In this document: positions 1-11,400 of the stretch, in pieces | Layout: every line of letters starts with the position of its first letter | How positions within the stretch are numbered: the first letter of the stretch is position 1 | DNA from: Reclinomonas americana ATCC 50394 | Taxonomy: Eukaryota | Assembly: GCA_048213135.1 (NCBI GenBank) | Contig: PS015321.1 | Coordinates: 1 to 39,941 of the forward strand | Length of the DNA stretch: 39,941 nucleotides | Direction: 5' to 3' | Made by a program: the position numbers and the translations under genes | Notes under the pieces: generated by a model | What the model was told of the DNA's origin: nothing | What the model saw: only the letters and a program-made list of their open reading frames with translations | The model's database searches: none

Positions 1-78
<78 letters not shown>
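1..78. repeat. (TC)n(TG)n compound microsatellite
   Basis: Read directly from the sequence. Confidence 0.95.
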
Positions 79-82
<4 letters not shown>

Positions 83-161
83 AGTGAATGAGTGAATGAG
101 ATAATCCGCATCTCACTGTTGCATTCCTCCAATGCAGCCTGTCAGTCATCAACTGATCTCT

Positions 162-201
<40 letters not shown>

Positions 202-261
202 GTGTGTGTATGTGTGTGTGTGTGTGTGTGAGAGAGACAGAGTCAGATTAGTAAGCGCAAC

Positions 262-614
262 TCCGACGCAAGTCCGCCGCCGATGGCCGCTGGTCACTGG
301 GAACATGCATATGCGCATAAAAGTCACTGGCCATCTACAAGAGAGAAGAGAGTAAGAGTGAGAGTCACAGAGGGAGGGGGTCTATGCGGACATGAGCATG
401 CCATGTCGCGCGTTCTCTCTCTCACTCTTTGCCTCTCATCATTGTTGTTGTTTGTTTGTTATCACACCTGCACAAACTCAGTCTCATCCAACGTTCTGTT
501 CCCATCAGAGTCGTACGAGTCAAAGAAGCGCGTCATGGTCGATTGAAGACGCGCAGGGTCGCGCGCAACACTGCGCAGTTGCGCGGACAGTGAATCCGCC
601 TCTCCACTGCTCAT
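262..614 (-). CDS. EF-hand calcium-binding protein, 5' part (exons 614-468 and 334-262; probably continues left of the window)
   Basis: MSSGEADSL...FFDSYDSDGNRTLDETEFVQ contains a canonical 12-residue EF loop (DSDGNRTLDETE). Donor CAG|GTGTGA at 467, acceptor TTGTAG before 334, next donor GGA|GTTGCG at 261. Confidence 0.65.
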
Positions 615-970
615 TGCTCTCTTACTTTGTTGCAAAACACGGGTGGCTGCACCACTTGATTTCCCGATTGGGACAGCAAAGCGTCCTGCGACCCTTACGT
701 TCACCAAAGGCTCTTCTGGTCAACAACAAGAGCGATTTGAATAATCCAGTTAGCAACAAAGCTGGCATGATGATCGCCATCGTGAGTGAGCACCAGAAAC
801 GGAGACGGCAATGCGAACTTCCGCACGACGTCGCTTCACTCACCGCATTGCAACAATACGGCGAATGCTATTTCCTTCCCGACAATGACCTTGGCATCCT
901 ATGCATATAGTACGCAGAGAGCCGGCTGCTTGTGAATTCGTCGTTGAATTCGTCGTCGTGAATGACACCT

Positions 971-1120
971 ATTGGCTTTGCCTCCTGAAAGGGAAGATGA
1001 CTGTTGGAGAAGTAATTATGTGTTTGTATATTGTTGGTGTGGCAAGGCCATTGTCGGCAAGGGATTTGTGGGCGTTTATCGCATTATTGGAATGCTGTGA
1101 ATGAAGTGTTTTGTTTGTTC
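971..1120 (+). repeat. Dispersed intergenic repeat, copy A (plus a partial inverted copy at 871-909)
   Basis: Shares CATTGTCGGCAAGGGATTTGTGGGC.TTTATCGCATTATTGGAATG..GTGAATGAAGTGTTTTG with 34370-34470, and matches the reverse complement of 13271-13412. Confidence 0.85.
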
Positions 1121-1555
1121 TCCGCACAAGTTCGTTTGCATGCGCAGCTGAAGAACGAAAGCTCGGGACGCTTACAGGCGACTGCTATAGCTGAGTGGTC
1201 TCTGATGCGGTGGAGGGATTTCTCTCGTGCAAGCCACAGTTCGAATTCGCGACGTCGACGTGTCAACGTCGAATACAAAGTGTCGACCATCCGGGAGTGC
1301 ACGCAGAGACAAGGCTGCTGGTCCATGACCTATCTCAAAGATGCGGCTCGGCACGAAAACAAGCAGGTATGGCGCCGGCGAGCGACGTCGACGTCCAACG
1401 TTTCTTGTGTAAACAAATCGGGGTGGTGCCGTTGCATACTGCTCGCATGCAATCCCCAACTTGATTCGTGTTCTGCAAGTGCGAGCCCCTTCTCCCCTTT
1501 TGCAGCACACTTTTGATCTCGAGATTCAACCAATCAACCCATCACCATCTGTTGC

Positions 1556-4500
1556 ATGCCATCATGGCTGAGCACACACAGACTGCAGTTCTTCACTGTC
1601 ACTGGCGGCAATCACTGTCGTCGCTGGCTTACGACAGCCTTGACTGATGAGGAGCGCGCCAAGGTTGCTGTCTTCAATGATGCTCTCCAGCTGTACACGT
1701 CCATCAACGTCGGCAACTTGCTGTGTGGGGCGAAGTTCGAGTGCGAGGCCGCCATGCTTGGGCATGGTGTGCGAGTGAGTACATCGCGTGTGTAGGAGTG
1801 AGAGACATGAGAGAGAGAGATGATGATGATGATGATGACAGCGAGAAAGAGTGCATCGATGTGTCTTCTTGTTCTCCACATTGTTGTGTAAAAGCTGTTG
1901 GCTCTCTTTGCCTCTCCTTCTCTCTCTCTCTCTCTCTCGCCCTCTCCTTCCCTCTCACATATCATCCTCTCTCCCTTTTCCTCGCCCTCTCCTTCACCTC
2001 TCACTCTCTTGTTCATCGTTGCAGACCGTCCGCCGTCCACTGACANNNNNNNNNNNNNNNNNNNNTTGCAAGCCATTCTTCCGCGGGATGTGTGCGATGC
2101 GGTTCGCCAGCACGGACTCACCACCACCAACAGCGGCCTGGTTGAGCTGCAGATCCCAGTGCTGAACCGGGAAATGGCGATGGCATCTGTTCGCTCGATT
2201 ACCGCTTCTGCGTCTCCTTCCAATCTCCGCAAAGTGCCCGCTTTTGTGGGCACGGCTGGCATTGGGAAGACACTCCAGATGACATTGGCTGCGGCGCGTG
2301 TGGAAGAGATGCTGAAGGACGGTGAGTGGTTCTCTCTCTCTCTCTCTCGCAGACGGATCCTCTGCGTCAAGTGCACGTTCTAAATCATTTCCGTGCACAT
2401 CTACAACACGTTATCCCTCTCGATCTCTTCACTATCGACCTCCATCCTTGCGCGAGTTCTCCGTGCAGTGCTCCTCTCTTCTCTCCCTGCTCATCCACTC
2501 GATTGTGTGCTTCCATCCTCGCNNNNNNNNNNNNNNNNNNNNTCGTCAAGCAAGCAGATGAGAGCCAGTCTGCGATCATGGTTCGACAGTGAGCAACCGG
2601 GAGGACGATACCGAATCGAGAAGAGCGTCATACATACTTGTCATCTGGCGCAAGACGGCCAGCTTGTGTGAGATCCAACCGGATACAGCGCATGGCGACA
2701 ACTGTGGTCATTGTCGACCACGTTCGCGGATACTTGTCACAAATCTGGCGAAGCCAGTGGACATGGGCCGTGTCGCGTCGGCAGAAATGCGCCAGCAGAA
2801 GCCGCCACGCGGTGGCCGCTTCGATTGTCCACTGAGTGGCTGCCTTGCTCACGCCATCAGCTGGAGTCAGACTCTCGCACGGCGCAACTCCGCCAAGGCC
2901 TTTCGCGTTATCGTACGCCAGGTCCAACCGGTGCACGACGAATCCGTCTGATAGTGAGAGAGAGAGAGAGAGAAGACACACGTGGTGAGTAATATTACAC
3001 AGCGGTTGAATACACGTACAGACACGCACTTTGTGTTGAGGAAGAATTAAACAAAACAAGAGGATGGAGAGTGGTGTGACAGAAAGCAGGGAGCGGGGAA
3101 GACAAGTCGCAGGAGCACTGTACGGAGAACTGATNNNNNNNNNNNNNNNNNNNNTCGTCAAGCAAGCAGATGAGAGCCAGTCTGCGATCATGATTCGACA
3201 GTGAGAAACCGGGAGGATGATACCGAATCGAGAAGAGCGTCATACATACTTGTCATCTGGCGCTAGACGGCCAGCTTGTGTGAGATCCAACCGGATACAG
3301 CGCATGGCGACAACTGTGGTCATTGTCGACCACGTTCGCGGATACTTGTCGCAAATCTGGCGAAGCCAATGGACATGGGCCGTGTCGCGTCGGCAGAAAT
3401 GCGCCAGCAGAAGCCGCCACGCGGTGGCCGCTTCGATTGTCCACTGAGTGGCTGCCTTGCTCACGCCATCAGCTGGAGTCAGACTCTCGCACGGCGCAAC
3501 TCCGCCAAGGCCTTTCGCGTTACCGTACGCCAGGTCCAACCGGTGCACGACGAATCCGTCTGAGAGTGAGTGAGAGAGAGAGAGAGAGAAGACACACGTG
3601 GTGAGTAATATTACACAGCGGTTGAATACACGTACAGACACGCACTTTGTGTTGAGGAAGAATTAAACAAAACAAGAGGATGGAGAGTGGTGTGACAGAA
3701 AGCAGGGAGCGGGGAAGATAAGTCGCAGGAGCACTGCGCGGAGAACTGACNNNNNNNNNNNNNNNNNNNNNNNNNNNNNNNNNNNNNNNNNNNNNNNNNN
3801 NNNNNNNNNNNNNNNNNNNNNNNNNNNNNNNNNNNNNNNNNNNNNNNNNNNNNNNNNNNNNNNNNNNNNNNNNNNNNNNNNNNNNNNNNNNNNNNNNNNN
3901 NNNNNNNNNNNNNNNNNNNNNNNNNNNNNNNNNNNNNNNNNNNNNNNNNNNNNNNNNNNNNNNNNNNNNNNNNNNNNNNNNNNNNNNNNNNNNNNNNNNN
4001 NNNNNNNNNNNNNNNNNNNNNNNNNNNNNNNNNNNNNNNNNNNNNNNNNNNNNNNNNNNNNNNNNNNNNNNNNNNNNNNNNNNNNNNNNNNNNNNNNNNN
4101 NNNNNNNNNNNNNNNNNNNNNNNNNNNNNNNNNNNNNNNNNNNNNNNNNNNNNNNNNNNNNNNNNNNNNNNNNNNNNNNNNNNNNNNNNNNNNNNNNNNN
4201 NNNNNNNNNNNNNNNNNNNNNNNNNNNNNNNNNNNNNNNNNNNNNNNNNNNNNNNNNNNNNNNNNNNNNNNNNNNNNNNNNNNNNNNNNNNNNNNNNNNN
4301 NNNNNNNNNNNNNNNNNNNNNNNNNNNNNNNNNNNNNNNNNNNNNNNNNNNNNNNNNNNNNNNNNNNNNNNNNNNNNNNNNCGTTCAAGAATATGTTTAC
4401 ACTGTCAACGAAGCGAAATCATGCGGCATTCCCGAACCAGAGATCAAGGTGTGCAGTGCGCAGCAATTCAGTTCTGAGACGACATCTTGTTGACTTGTTA

Positions 4501-6971
4501 AACAGAGCTTCCGACGAGAGCGCCTGAAATTCGCGTTGACAGCGGTTCTTGGGTCACTCGAGGGTGTCAATCGTGCAGTTCCAATGTTTGCAGGCGTCAT
4601 TACCGCGGATGCCGACATTATTCAGGAAGTTCCGGGGTTCCAGGTGCATCGCGTTCCCGGAATCCCGCTGCTTCCTCTGGAGACCGACGAGCTCATGAGT
4701 CAGATTTTCGAGACTACGGTGCCAAGTTTCGTTTCTGTGCACTGCACTTCGCGAATGCTCGTGTGACAGATATGAGTGGCGAGAGAAAGGCGAGCAGCAG
4801 GCACATACACTCACACACATGTTAAAGAGAGTAGAGAGATGCGCGTGAGAGTGGTGCGTCGGGCCACAATCGGGAGTGTCAGTGATCTGCAAACCAACTG
4901 CGATGTATGCAGATACTGGCGTCACTGCCAGCGGCCTCCCTGCATCCATCCGTGTGGCTTGGAGAACGAGTCGAGCTCTGCGATCTCTGCTCGACAGCCG
5001 TGCTTCTCTCACCCGGGCACAGATTACTGTGATCGAGGCTGCCCTTGGTTGCGTCAGGCCCTCGTCCAACTTTATCAGTGTGCCACCTTTTCCTGAGATC
5101 CTGTCGCAGAGTGCACGAGAATGCACAGTGCTGCAACTAGTGCACGTTGCGTATGTGGTGCGAGCCAGATTGTGTTCTCTAGATTGGCTCATCTAGCACT
5201 GGCCATTCAGAGGATTTGGTGCTTTCATTCAATGACGACGCGCTGCTTCTGCGTGTCGAAGATTCATCGGTCGCCGTTCGAGCTGAGGAGGTCGCCAAGG
5301 ACATCTTGTTCGCAGCAGTCGACTCGATGGCCGTCACGTCCACCTTTGTTGAGGCGGCTGAGGGGGCAGGCTACGCCATTCTTCGCAAGGTTTGCCACAG
5401 AGATTATACTATTGTCATGCGTGGGAGGGAAACAACGATGAAGATGTGACACGGTACAGTCGAGTGACGGCAGCACCCGAGTGTACATTCCACCTGCGTT
5501 CATCATGAGCACGGTAAATGTTTACGGCAAGATTGGCGAGCTTGCCGCACTTCTCGCCCGGTTGAGCGTCGGGTTGGATGGCATCAACTTGCAGCCGTAC
5601 GAAGCATTTCAAGTGTGGCGCACGGCGTATGTAACAATGCTTTTTGAGCGGCACATGACGGACTCGAGTACGTCGTTGCGATTGTTCGACATGTATCGGT
5701 TGAGGAGCGCTAGAGGTCTGACCCATGCAGCGAGATGCGTGTGTGCCACAGTCGACGTCGCTTGTTCACCCACCTCTCTGCTTTCGTTCAGTTTCCGCTG
5801 CATGCCACCCATTGTGGTACACTGCTTTGCGTCGCAAGAGCTTGGATGGAGAGACTATGGCACATGCAGAAGACGTCCGTCGCAGCCGCTGGTCACCACC
5901 ATGGCTGTCGAAGAACGAGATGGCCAAGGTGCGCTCGGTTGCTTTTGCGTCGAGAATTCATGTAGTCTGTATCTGCACTGTTCTGCTTGCCTTTCGTCTC
6001 TCTCTCTCTCTCGGCGTGTGTGTTTGTGTGTATGTGCGAACTGATGGGTTGACATCTATGCAACAGGCGCGTCCGGGTACGCAGGTTGAAGTTTGTCAGC
6101 CTGCCGAACAGCTTCCAACTGTGCGCCTGACACGAGATGGTGCCCACGGGTGCGACATTATGACGGTGGTGGAGACTCGAGACAACAGAACGATCGTGGT
6201 CCTTGAGCAGTGCAAGTTGCTGTATCGCGACCAGCGAACGGTGGCAGACGCGATGCAGAGTTTGTGTGAGGTGCGAAATGTCAGCTCGACCCACAGAGTT
6301 TTACGATTCTTTTTCACGGCACTGAAGCACACACGCGTCACGAGCAGATTGGACGCGACATTGAGAGGCGCTCCGGATCCACGACATCCTGGCTGGCGGT
6401 GCTGTCGTCGCCTCATGTCATTCCTGACATGGGCACGTTCAACTGGCAGAAGGTGGCGAAGGAAGGGAAGCCTCCAACCGCTGACGAGCTTNNNNNNNNN
6501 NNNNNNNNNNNGGTCGCTTTGTCGTTATCGACAAGAGTGTGGCATCGGTGTACTACGGACCGACGTTTAGCGACATGCCACTGCGGACAAGTTGCGCTTT
6601 GATGAGAAAGAGAGAGGATGCGCGCAGGAAAGGGTGTCTCATGCTGAGTGCCGGCTGGTCAATTGCTGGTCAACGCTGTCGAGAGAAACTTTGATACTTC
6701 GGCGGCACTACACGATGCCCTGGTCAATGCGTTGGGCGAAAAGGCAGCAGCGAAACTCGGGCGGAGTGTGACGTCTCTGGCCTATGCGATTCGTGATCGC
6801 AAGCCGCCGACCGGCTACTTGTCGGCGAATCATCTGTGTCAGGTGCTCCGGAGCGACACCGACAAGTCTTGTCGCCGGATTGCTGAGGCGCTGCGACGCA
6901 GCAGCAGTAACAGCAGCAGCAGTGGTGTCAGGGACTTGCCGTCTCTGTTCAACTTCGTCTTTCGTTTCTAG
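1556..6971 (+). CDS. Crinkler/CR-effector-like protein: P-loop NTPase followed by PD-(D/E)xK restriction-endonuclease-like domain (multi-exon, gapped, start uncertain)
   Basis: Walker A FVGTAGIGKT near 2245-2272; TASGLPASI motif near 4925; nuclease-like motif AHGCDIMTVVETRDNRTIVVLEQCK at about 6140-6216; final exon ends TAG 6969-6971. An upstream exon MTYLKDAARHENKQ|GTATGG (1326-1366) is possible. One junction near 2322-2352 does not phase cleanly. Confidence 0.6.
2543..3750. repeat. Two near-identical ~600 bp units (2543-3134 and 3155-3750), each bounded by gaps and carrying a minus-strand exon (2947-2638 and 3559-3250)
   Basis: Direct comparison shows a few substitutions (e.g. YDNAK vs YGNAK). 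Each exon has a CT tract plus CAG acceptor and an AA|GTATGT donor. Confidence 0.9.
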
Positions 6972-7095
6972 CACCGAATAGCAGAGCGTGAAGACACGAT
7001 GAGTCTGCAAATGTTGCGAGTGTATTGCATAACAAAACACAAAGATATCGCAAACCATTCGCTCCCCTCCACAGTTACACACACACATGATCACA

Positions 7096-7914
7096 CTAGT
7101 ACTTTAGCAATCTATACAGCGAGCTTGCGAAACAAAAGAGAGAGAACACAAAGAAACAGAAAAAGAAGATGCGCGGACCCCGAATGAACCTTTTCCGCCA
7201 CGCCGGCGTGTACAAGTTGACCTTGAACGTCACGCTCACTCCCTGACGCAAGGCGGCGCGCAGACCCGCAAAGTACTGGCGCGTTTGAACCGTGGCCTCC
7301 AGCACGTCCTCTCGCATATGCTCAAAGTCGAACGCATACACCGTGTTGAGGAAGCCGCCGAAGAGTGAGTTGCAGAAATGGTCCGGCACCTCCACCGACA
7401 GTCGCAGGTCTTCCAGTGCGTGTCGCGAGAAGGTGATGCAGATGGCGAAGAAGGTGGCGTACAACGCAACACAGCCGAACACAATGGGAATCACGTATCG
7501 TGGCCCATCGATCGCGATCGGACCGGCGCTGTTGGGGTTGACATAGAGAGCGACGTAGTAGGCGGTGCCGACGAGGGAGAGGGCAAAGACGAGCAAGGTG
7601 AACAGAGCTTCGAGCAGACGAAGCAGGGTGTAGCACGTCCACGACCACTTCAGTGTCACCGTGCTCAATCGCGGCGCCGCCGGCCAGCCGAGCTGCCGGC
7701 GCTCCTCGGCCGAGAACCGATTCTCCATCGATCGGATCAAGTTGATGGCGTACGAGTGGCGGCAGCGCACCTCCCAGAAGGAGATGTTCACGGGCTTGCC
7801 CACGTCGGTGATTTCGAGGCCGCCAGCTTCGCGGGTTTGGTGGCGCACGGCGGCCGCACCGGACACCTCCGACGAGGTGGAGAGGAGCGGGCGTCCAAGT
7901 GGGTGACTGGTCAT
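7096..7914 (-). CDS. Hypothetical multi-pass membrane protein (upstream exons near 8060-8400 possible)
   Basis: GC-rich ORF MTSHPLGR... with hydrophobic segments LLEALFTLLVFALSLVGTAYYVALYV and YVIPIVFGCVALYATFFAICITF. An acceptor TCGCAG lies just upstream of the ATG. 3' end uncertain. Confidence 0.6.
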   Translation of the reverse strand: MTSHPLGRPLLSTSSEVSGAAAVRHQTREAGGLEITDVGKPVNISFWEVRCRHSYAINLIRSMENRFSAEERRQLGWPAAPRLSTVTLKWSWTCYTLLRLLEALFTLLVFALSLVGTAYYVALYVNPNSAGPIAIDGPRYVIPIVFGCVALYATFFAICITFSRHALEDLRLSVEVPDHFCNSLFGGFLNTVYAFDFEHMREDVLEATVQTRQYFAGLRAALRQGVSVTFKVNLYTPAWRKRFIRGPRIFFFCFFVFSLFCFASSLYRLLKY

Positions 7915-8015
7915 GTCTGCGAGACAGAGAAAGGGAGGGGGGGACGGGATTTGCAAGAATGTGTGTTCGGAAGTAAAATGCCCAATATATAACTTAAAAA
8001 ACAGCCGCAGCGAGC

Positions 8016-8051
<36 letters not shown>

Positions 8052-8462
8052 GCTGATACGTGCTGCTGCTGTGGCACGGCATGAACGCCATGATGATGCG
8101 CATGTGTACGATGGTGGACGAGTCGGGAAGAGAATGCAGTCCAAGCAGGACGAACACACGGTTTTTTACAGCAGGGATGCTGCGTGTGTGTGCGAGGGAG
8201 AGACACACGCATAGAGAGAGAGAGAGAGTGAACACAAAGATGTTCTCTTCCGCTCACCTTTGAGAGAAAATGCCTTGATACAGGCCTTGCGTGGAGGACA
8301 CGTACTACCCGTCTTGTCCGCTGCGCTCCGACAAGAGGAGCCTGTTGTCCACATGCGGTCGTACGCTCTGTCCGGACCGGGGTCACACACTCCGACTCCC
8401 ACAGGCGCAGATAAACTAGCATATATTTCACAACGTTTTCTGTACATAAACAACGACTGCTC

Positions 8463-11400
8463 TTACTTCTTCTTCTTCTTCTTGCCCTTGCCACCCTTCT
8501 TGCCTTTCTTGCCCTTCTTGCCCTTCTTCTTCTTACCGCCGCCACCACCGGCTGCGCCCGCCGCCTTCATGGGTCCGGGAGCCACGTACTCGGGCACAAA
8601 CTCGCTCAGCGCCAGACGTCGGCTCTTGTCCAGGTTGCGCTCCACGGCCATGGTACGCGGGTGGTAGGGGCCGAGCTCGTACTTGAGGATCTCCTCGGCG
8701 ATCCTGTAAGGGGGAGGGGGAGATGAAAAGGGAGAAGGAGAAGGAGGGGGAGGGTGAGGGTGAGGGAGAGGGCAACGGGGAGGGGGAGGGAGGAGGGAGA
8801 GGGGGAGGTGGAGAGGTAGAGGGAGAGGGAGGGAGGGAGAGGGAGAGGGAGAGGGAGAGGGAGAGGGAGAGGAAGTGGGGGAAGAGAGAGAAAGAGAGAG
8901 AGAGAGAAACAGAGAGCGAGCACGCAAACCAACACGGGCATAGAGAGAACCTCATGCTCGGTCCAAGCAAGAAAATGTGCTTGCAGGCAAGAAAAGAAAC
9001 ACACACAAGACACGAGGTATACCAGGAAAGGGGAAGATGCGCACAGATCCTTGCAAGAGATGTCGTCTGCAGGAATAAGAACATACAGCAGGAATGACGC
9101 ACGGGCATACAAAAGAGAGATGCAGACGGAATGTCGAATGCGGAATGAAACACGCGCACTACAAGACACGCGCTGATACGCAAAAAGAGAGGGCCTGATG
9201 CACACAGATACAGGCAAGTGACGTCGGTGCATGCAGAAAGCAACACACAGAAACGCAAATGAATATGGAAGAGAGGGCAAGATGTATACAGAAAGACATG
9301 TGCATGCAGCGAGAAAAAACAAGCACACAACACAAAGAACACACGAGCATAGGGAAAAAAAGGGCAAGATGAAGACATAATACGTGCAGAAAGAAACAAA
9401 GTATGCGCTGATAAACAGAAAAGAGAAGACAGAATGTCGTGCGCACGCTCAAATACACACAACACGAAGAGTACACGTAATATCCAACATAGGGTAAGAT
9501 GCAGACAGAATGTCGTGTGCCAGAGAGAGACATACACTTTCCACAAGAAACGCACTGGCAAATGCAAGACATACACACAGATCCACGCAAGATATCTCCT
9601 TTCCTTCCTTCGTTTGCTCACTCCCTCTCTCTTCCTGTCGTTCTGTCGCTCAGTTTCTCATGTGTCTCGTTTCTTTGCACGCTCACGACTTGTCCCTTTG
9701 CTCACTCCTTCTCTATTTTTCATCATATACCGCTCGCTCACTTCCCCCTCTTCTCTCGCTCGCATCCATTACATTCGTTCACCCTCTCTCTCTCCCCCCC
9801 CTCTCTCCCTCTCGCTCTCCGTCCAACTCACCGATAAAACTCCACGGCCTCCGCATGTCTTCCCAAACAAAACAGCGCCGCTCCTGAATTGTTCATCACC
9901 AGTGCCGTGTCCACGTGACCGGGGCCGAGCAACTCTGTGCGCACTGCACGCGCCCTCTCGAACTGCTCCAGTGCCTCGTCGTAGTCGTNNNNNNNNNNNN
10001 NNNNNNNNNNNNNNNNNNNNNNNNNNNNNNNNNNNNNNNNNNNNNNNNNNNNNNNNNNNNNNNNNNNNNNNNNNNNNNNNNNNNNNNNNNNNNNNNNNNN
10101 NNNNNNNNNNNNNNNNNNNNNNNNNNNNNNNNNNNNNNNNNNNNNNNNNNNNNNNNNNNNNNNNNNNNNNNNNNNNNNNNNNNNNNNNNNNNNNNNNNNN
10201 NNNNNNNNNNNNNNNNNNNNNNNNNNNNNNNNNNNNNNNNNNNNNNNNNNNNNNNNNNNNNNNNNNNNNNNNNNNNNNNNNNNNNNNNNNNNNNNNNNNN
10301 NNNNNNNNNNNNNNNNNNNNNNNNNNNNNNNNNNNNNNNNNNNNNNNNNNNNNNNNNNNNNNNNNNNNNNNNNNNNNNNNNGTCGGTGGAAGGCGACGCT
10401 GCCGAGGCTGCTGTAGATGATGGCGCGATCTGGGTGGTCGTCGTCCAGGTCGAACTCGGAGCGCAGGGCGTCCTGGAAGAGAAGGGATGGTGAGAGAGAG
10501 GAGCAGGGAGAGGTGAAGGCGGAAGGAAGGGGGAAGGGAGAGGGGAAGGGAGGAGAAGGACGGATGGGAAGGAGGGTGAGAGGAGAAGGTGGAAGGCAGG
10601 GGGAAGGAAGGCGAAAGCGGAAGTGGGAGGGTGGGAGGAAGAGAGGAATGGAGAGGTATTGGAGATGAGGAAGAAGGGAGAGGAGATTGGAAGGGAGGAG
10701 AATGAGGAGGGAGGAGAAGGGTGGGATACGAGGGAGCGCGAACATGGGAGATTGGGATGAGAACAAGCGCTTGAGAGCGAGGGAGGCTGAGAATGTAACA
10801 ATGGAGGCAGAGTAACAGAACGAGGATGAGAAAAAGCATGATCGACAACGAGAACAAGGACTGTTGAGAATGACAAGAGTAGGACTGACACTGGGAACGA
10901 GGAAGACGTAGAGGGAGACAAAGAATGATGACAAGCAACAACGATGTGATGGAACATGTTCTCTCTCCTCTCTCTCCCCCCTCTCTCCCTGAATCTCTGG
11001 CACACAACCGACGAACCATGTACTCGGCAAACGCCAGATCATCCTCGCCCTCGCTCTCATACACACTCCCGATGGCGACGTGGAAGTAAATGTTGACCTC
11101 CGGAGGCAGCGTCGTTCTGTGAGCGTGGAAATCACTGTAAGACTCTGGAGGAATCCGGAAGCGCAAGCAAAGGAGGAGACTGCAGAAGAGAAACTGCAAC
11201 TGGAGAGTCGAGGGTGAGATGAGACGACAGATGCCAGATCGCGTGATGACGGAGACAAACAGACGAGAGGAGAGCAGCGGGTGATCGAGGGCCACAGAGG
11301 CAGCATGAAATGAGGAGAACCAAGTCCGCCTCTCCGTCTGTCACCTCACAGCCCTTGATCTCTCCTTCCTTCTGATCAAGGCGACCTCGCTTCACACCAC

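Noticed and set aside
971-1120. Repeat as an snRNA or spliced-leader RNA gene, based on an Sm-like ATTTGTGG
   Set aside because: I could see no U1/U2/U4/U5/U6 hallmark, and the copies are fragmented and inverted. An Rfam search is needed.
2455-3131. Apparent terminal inverted repeats of a DNA transposon
   Set aside because: Better explained as overlapping intron sequence of an inverted paralogous or allelic contig; there is no transposase or target-site duplication.
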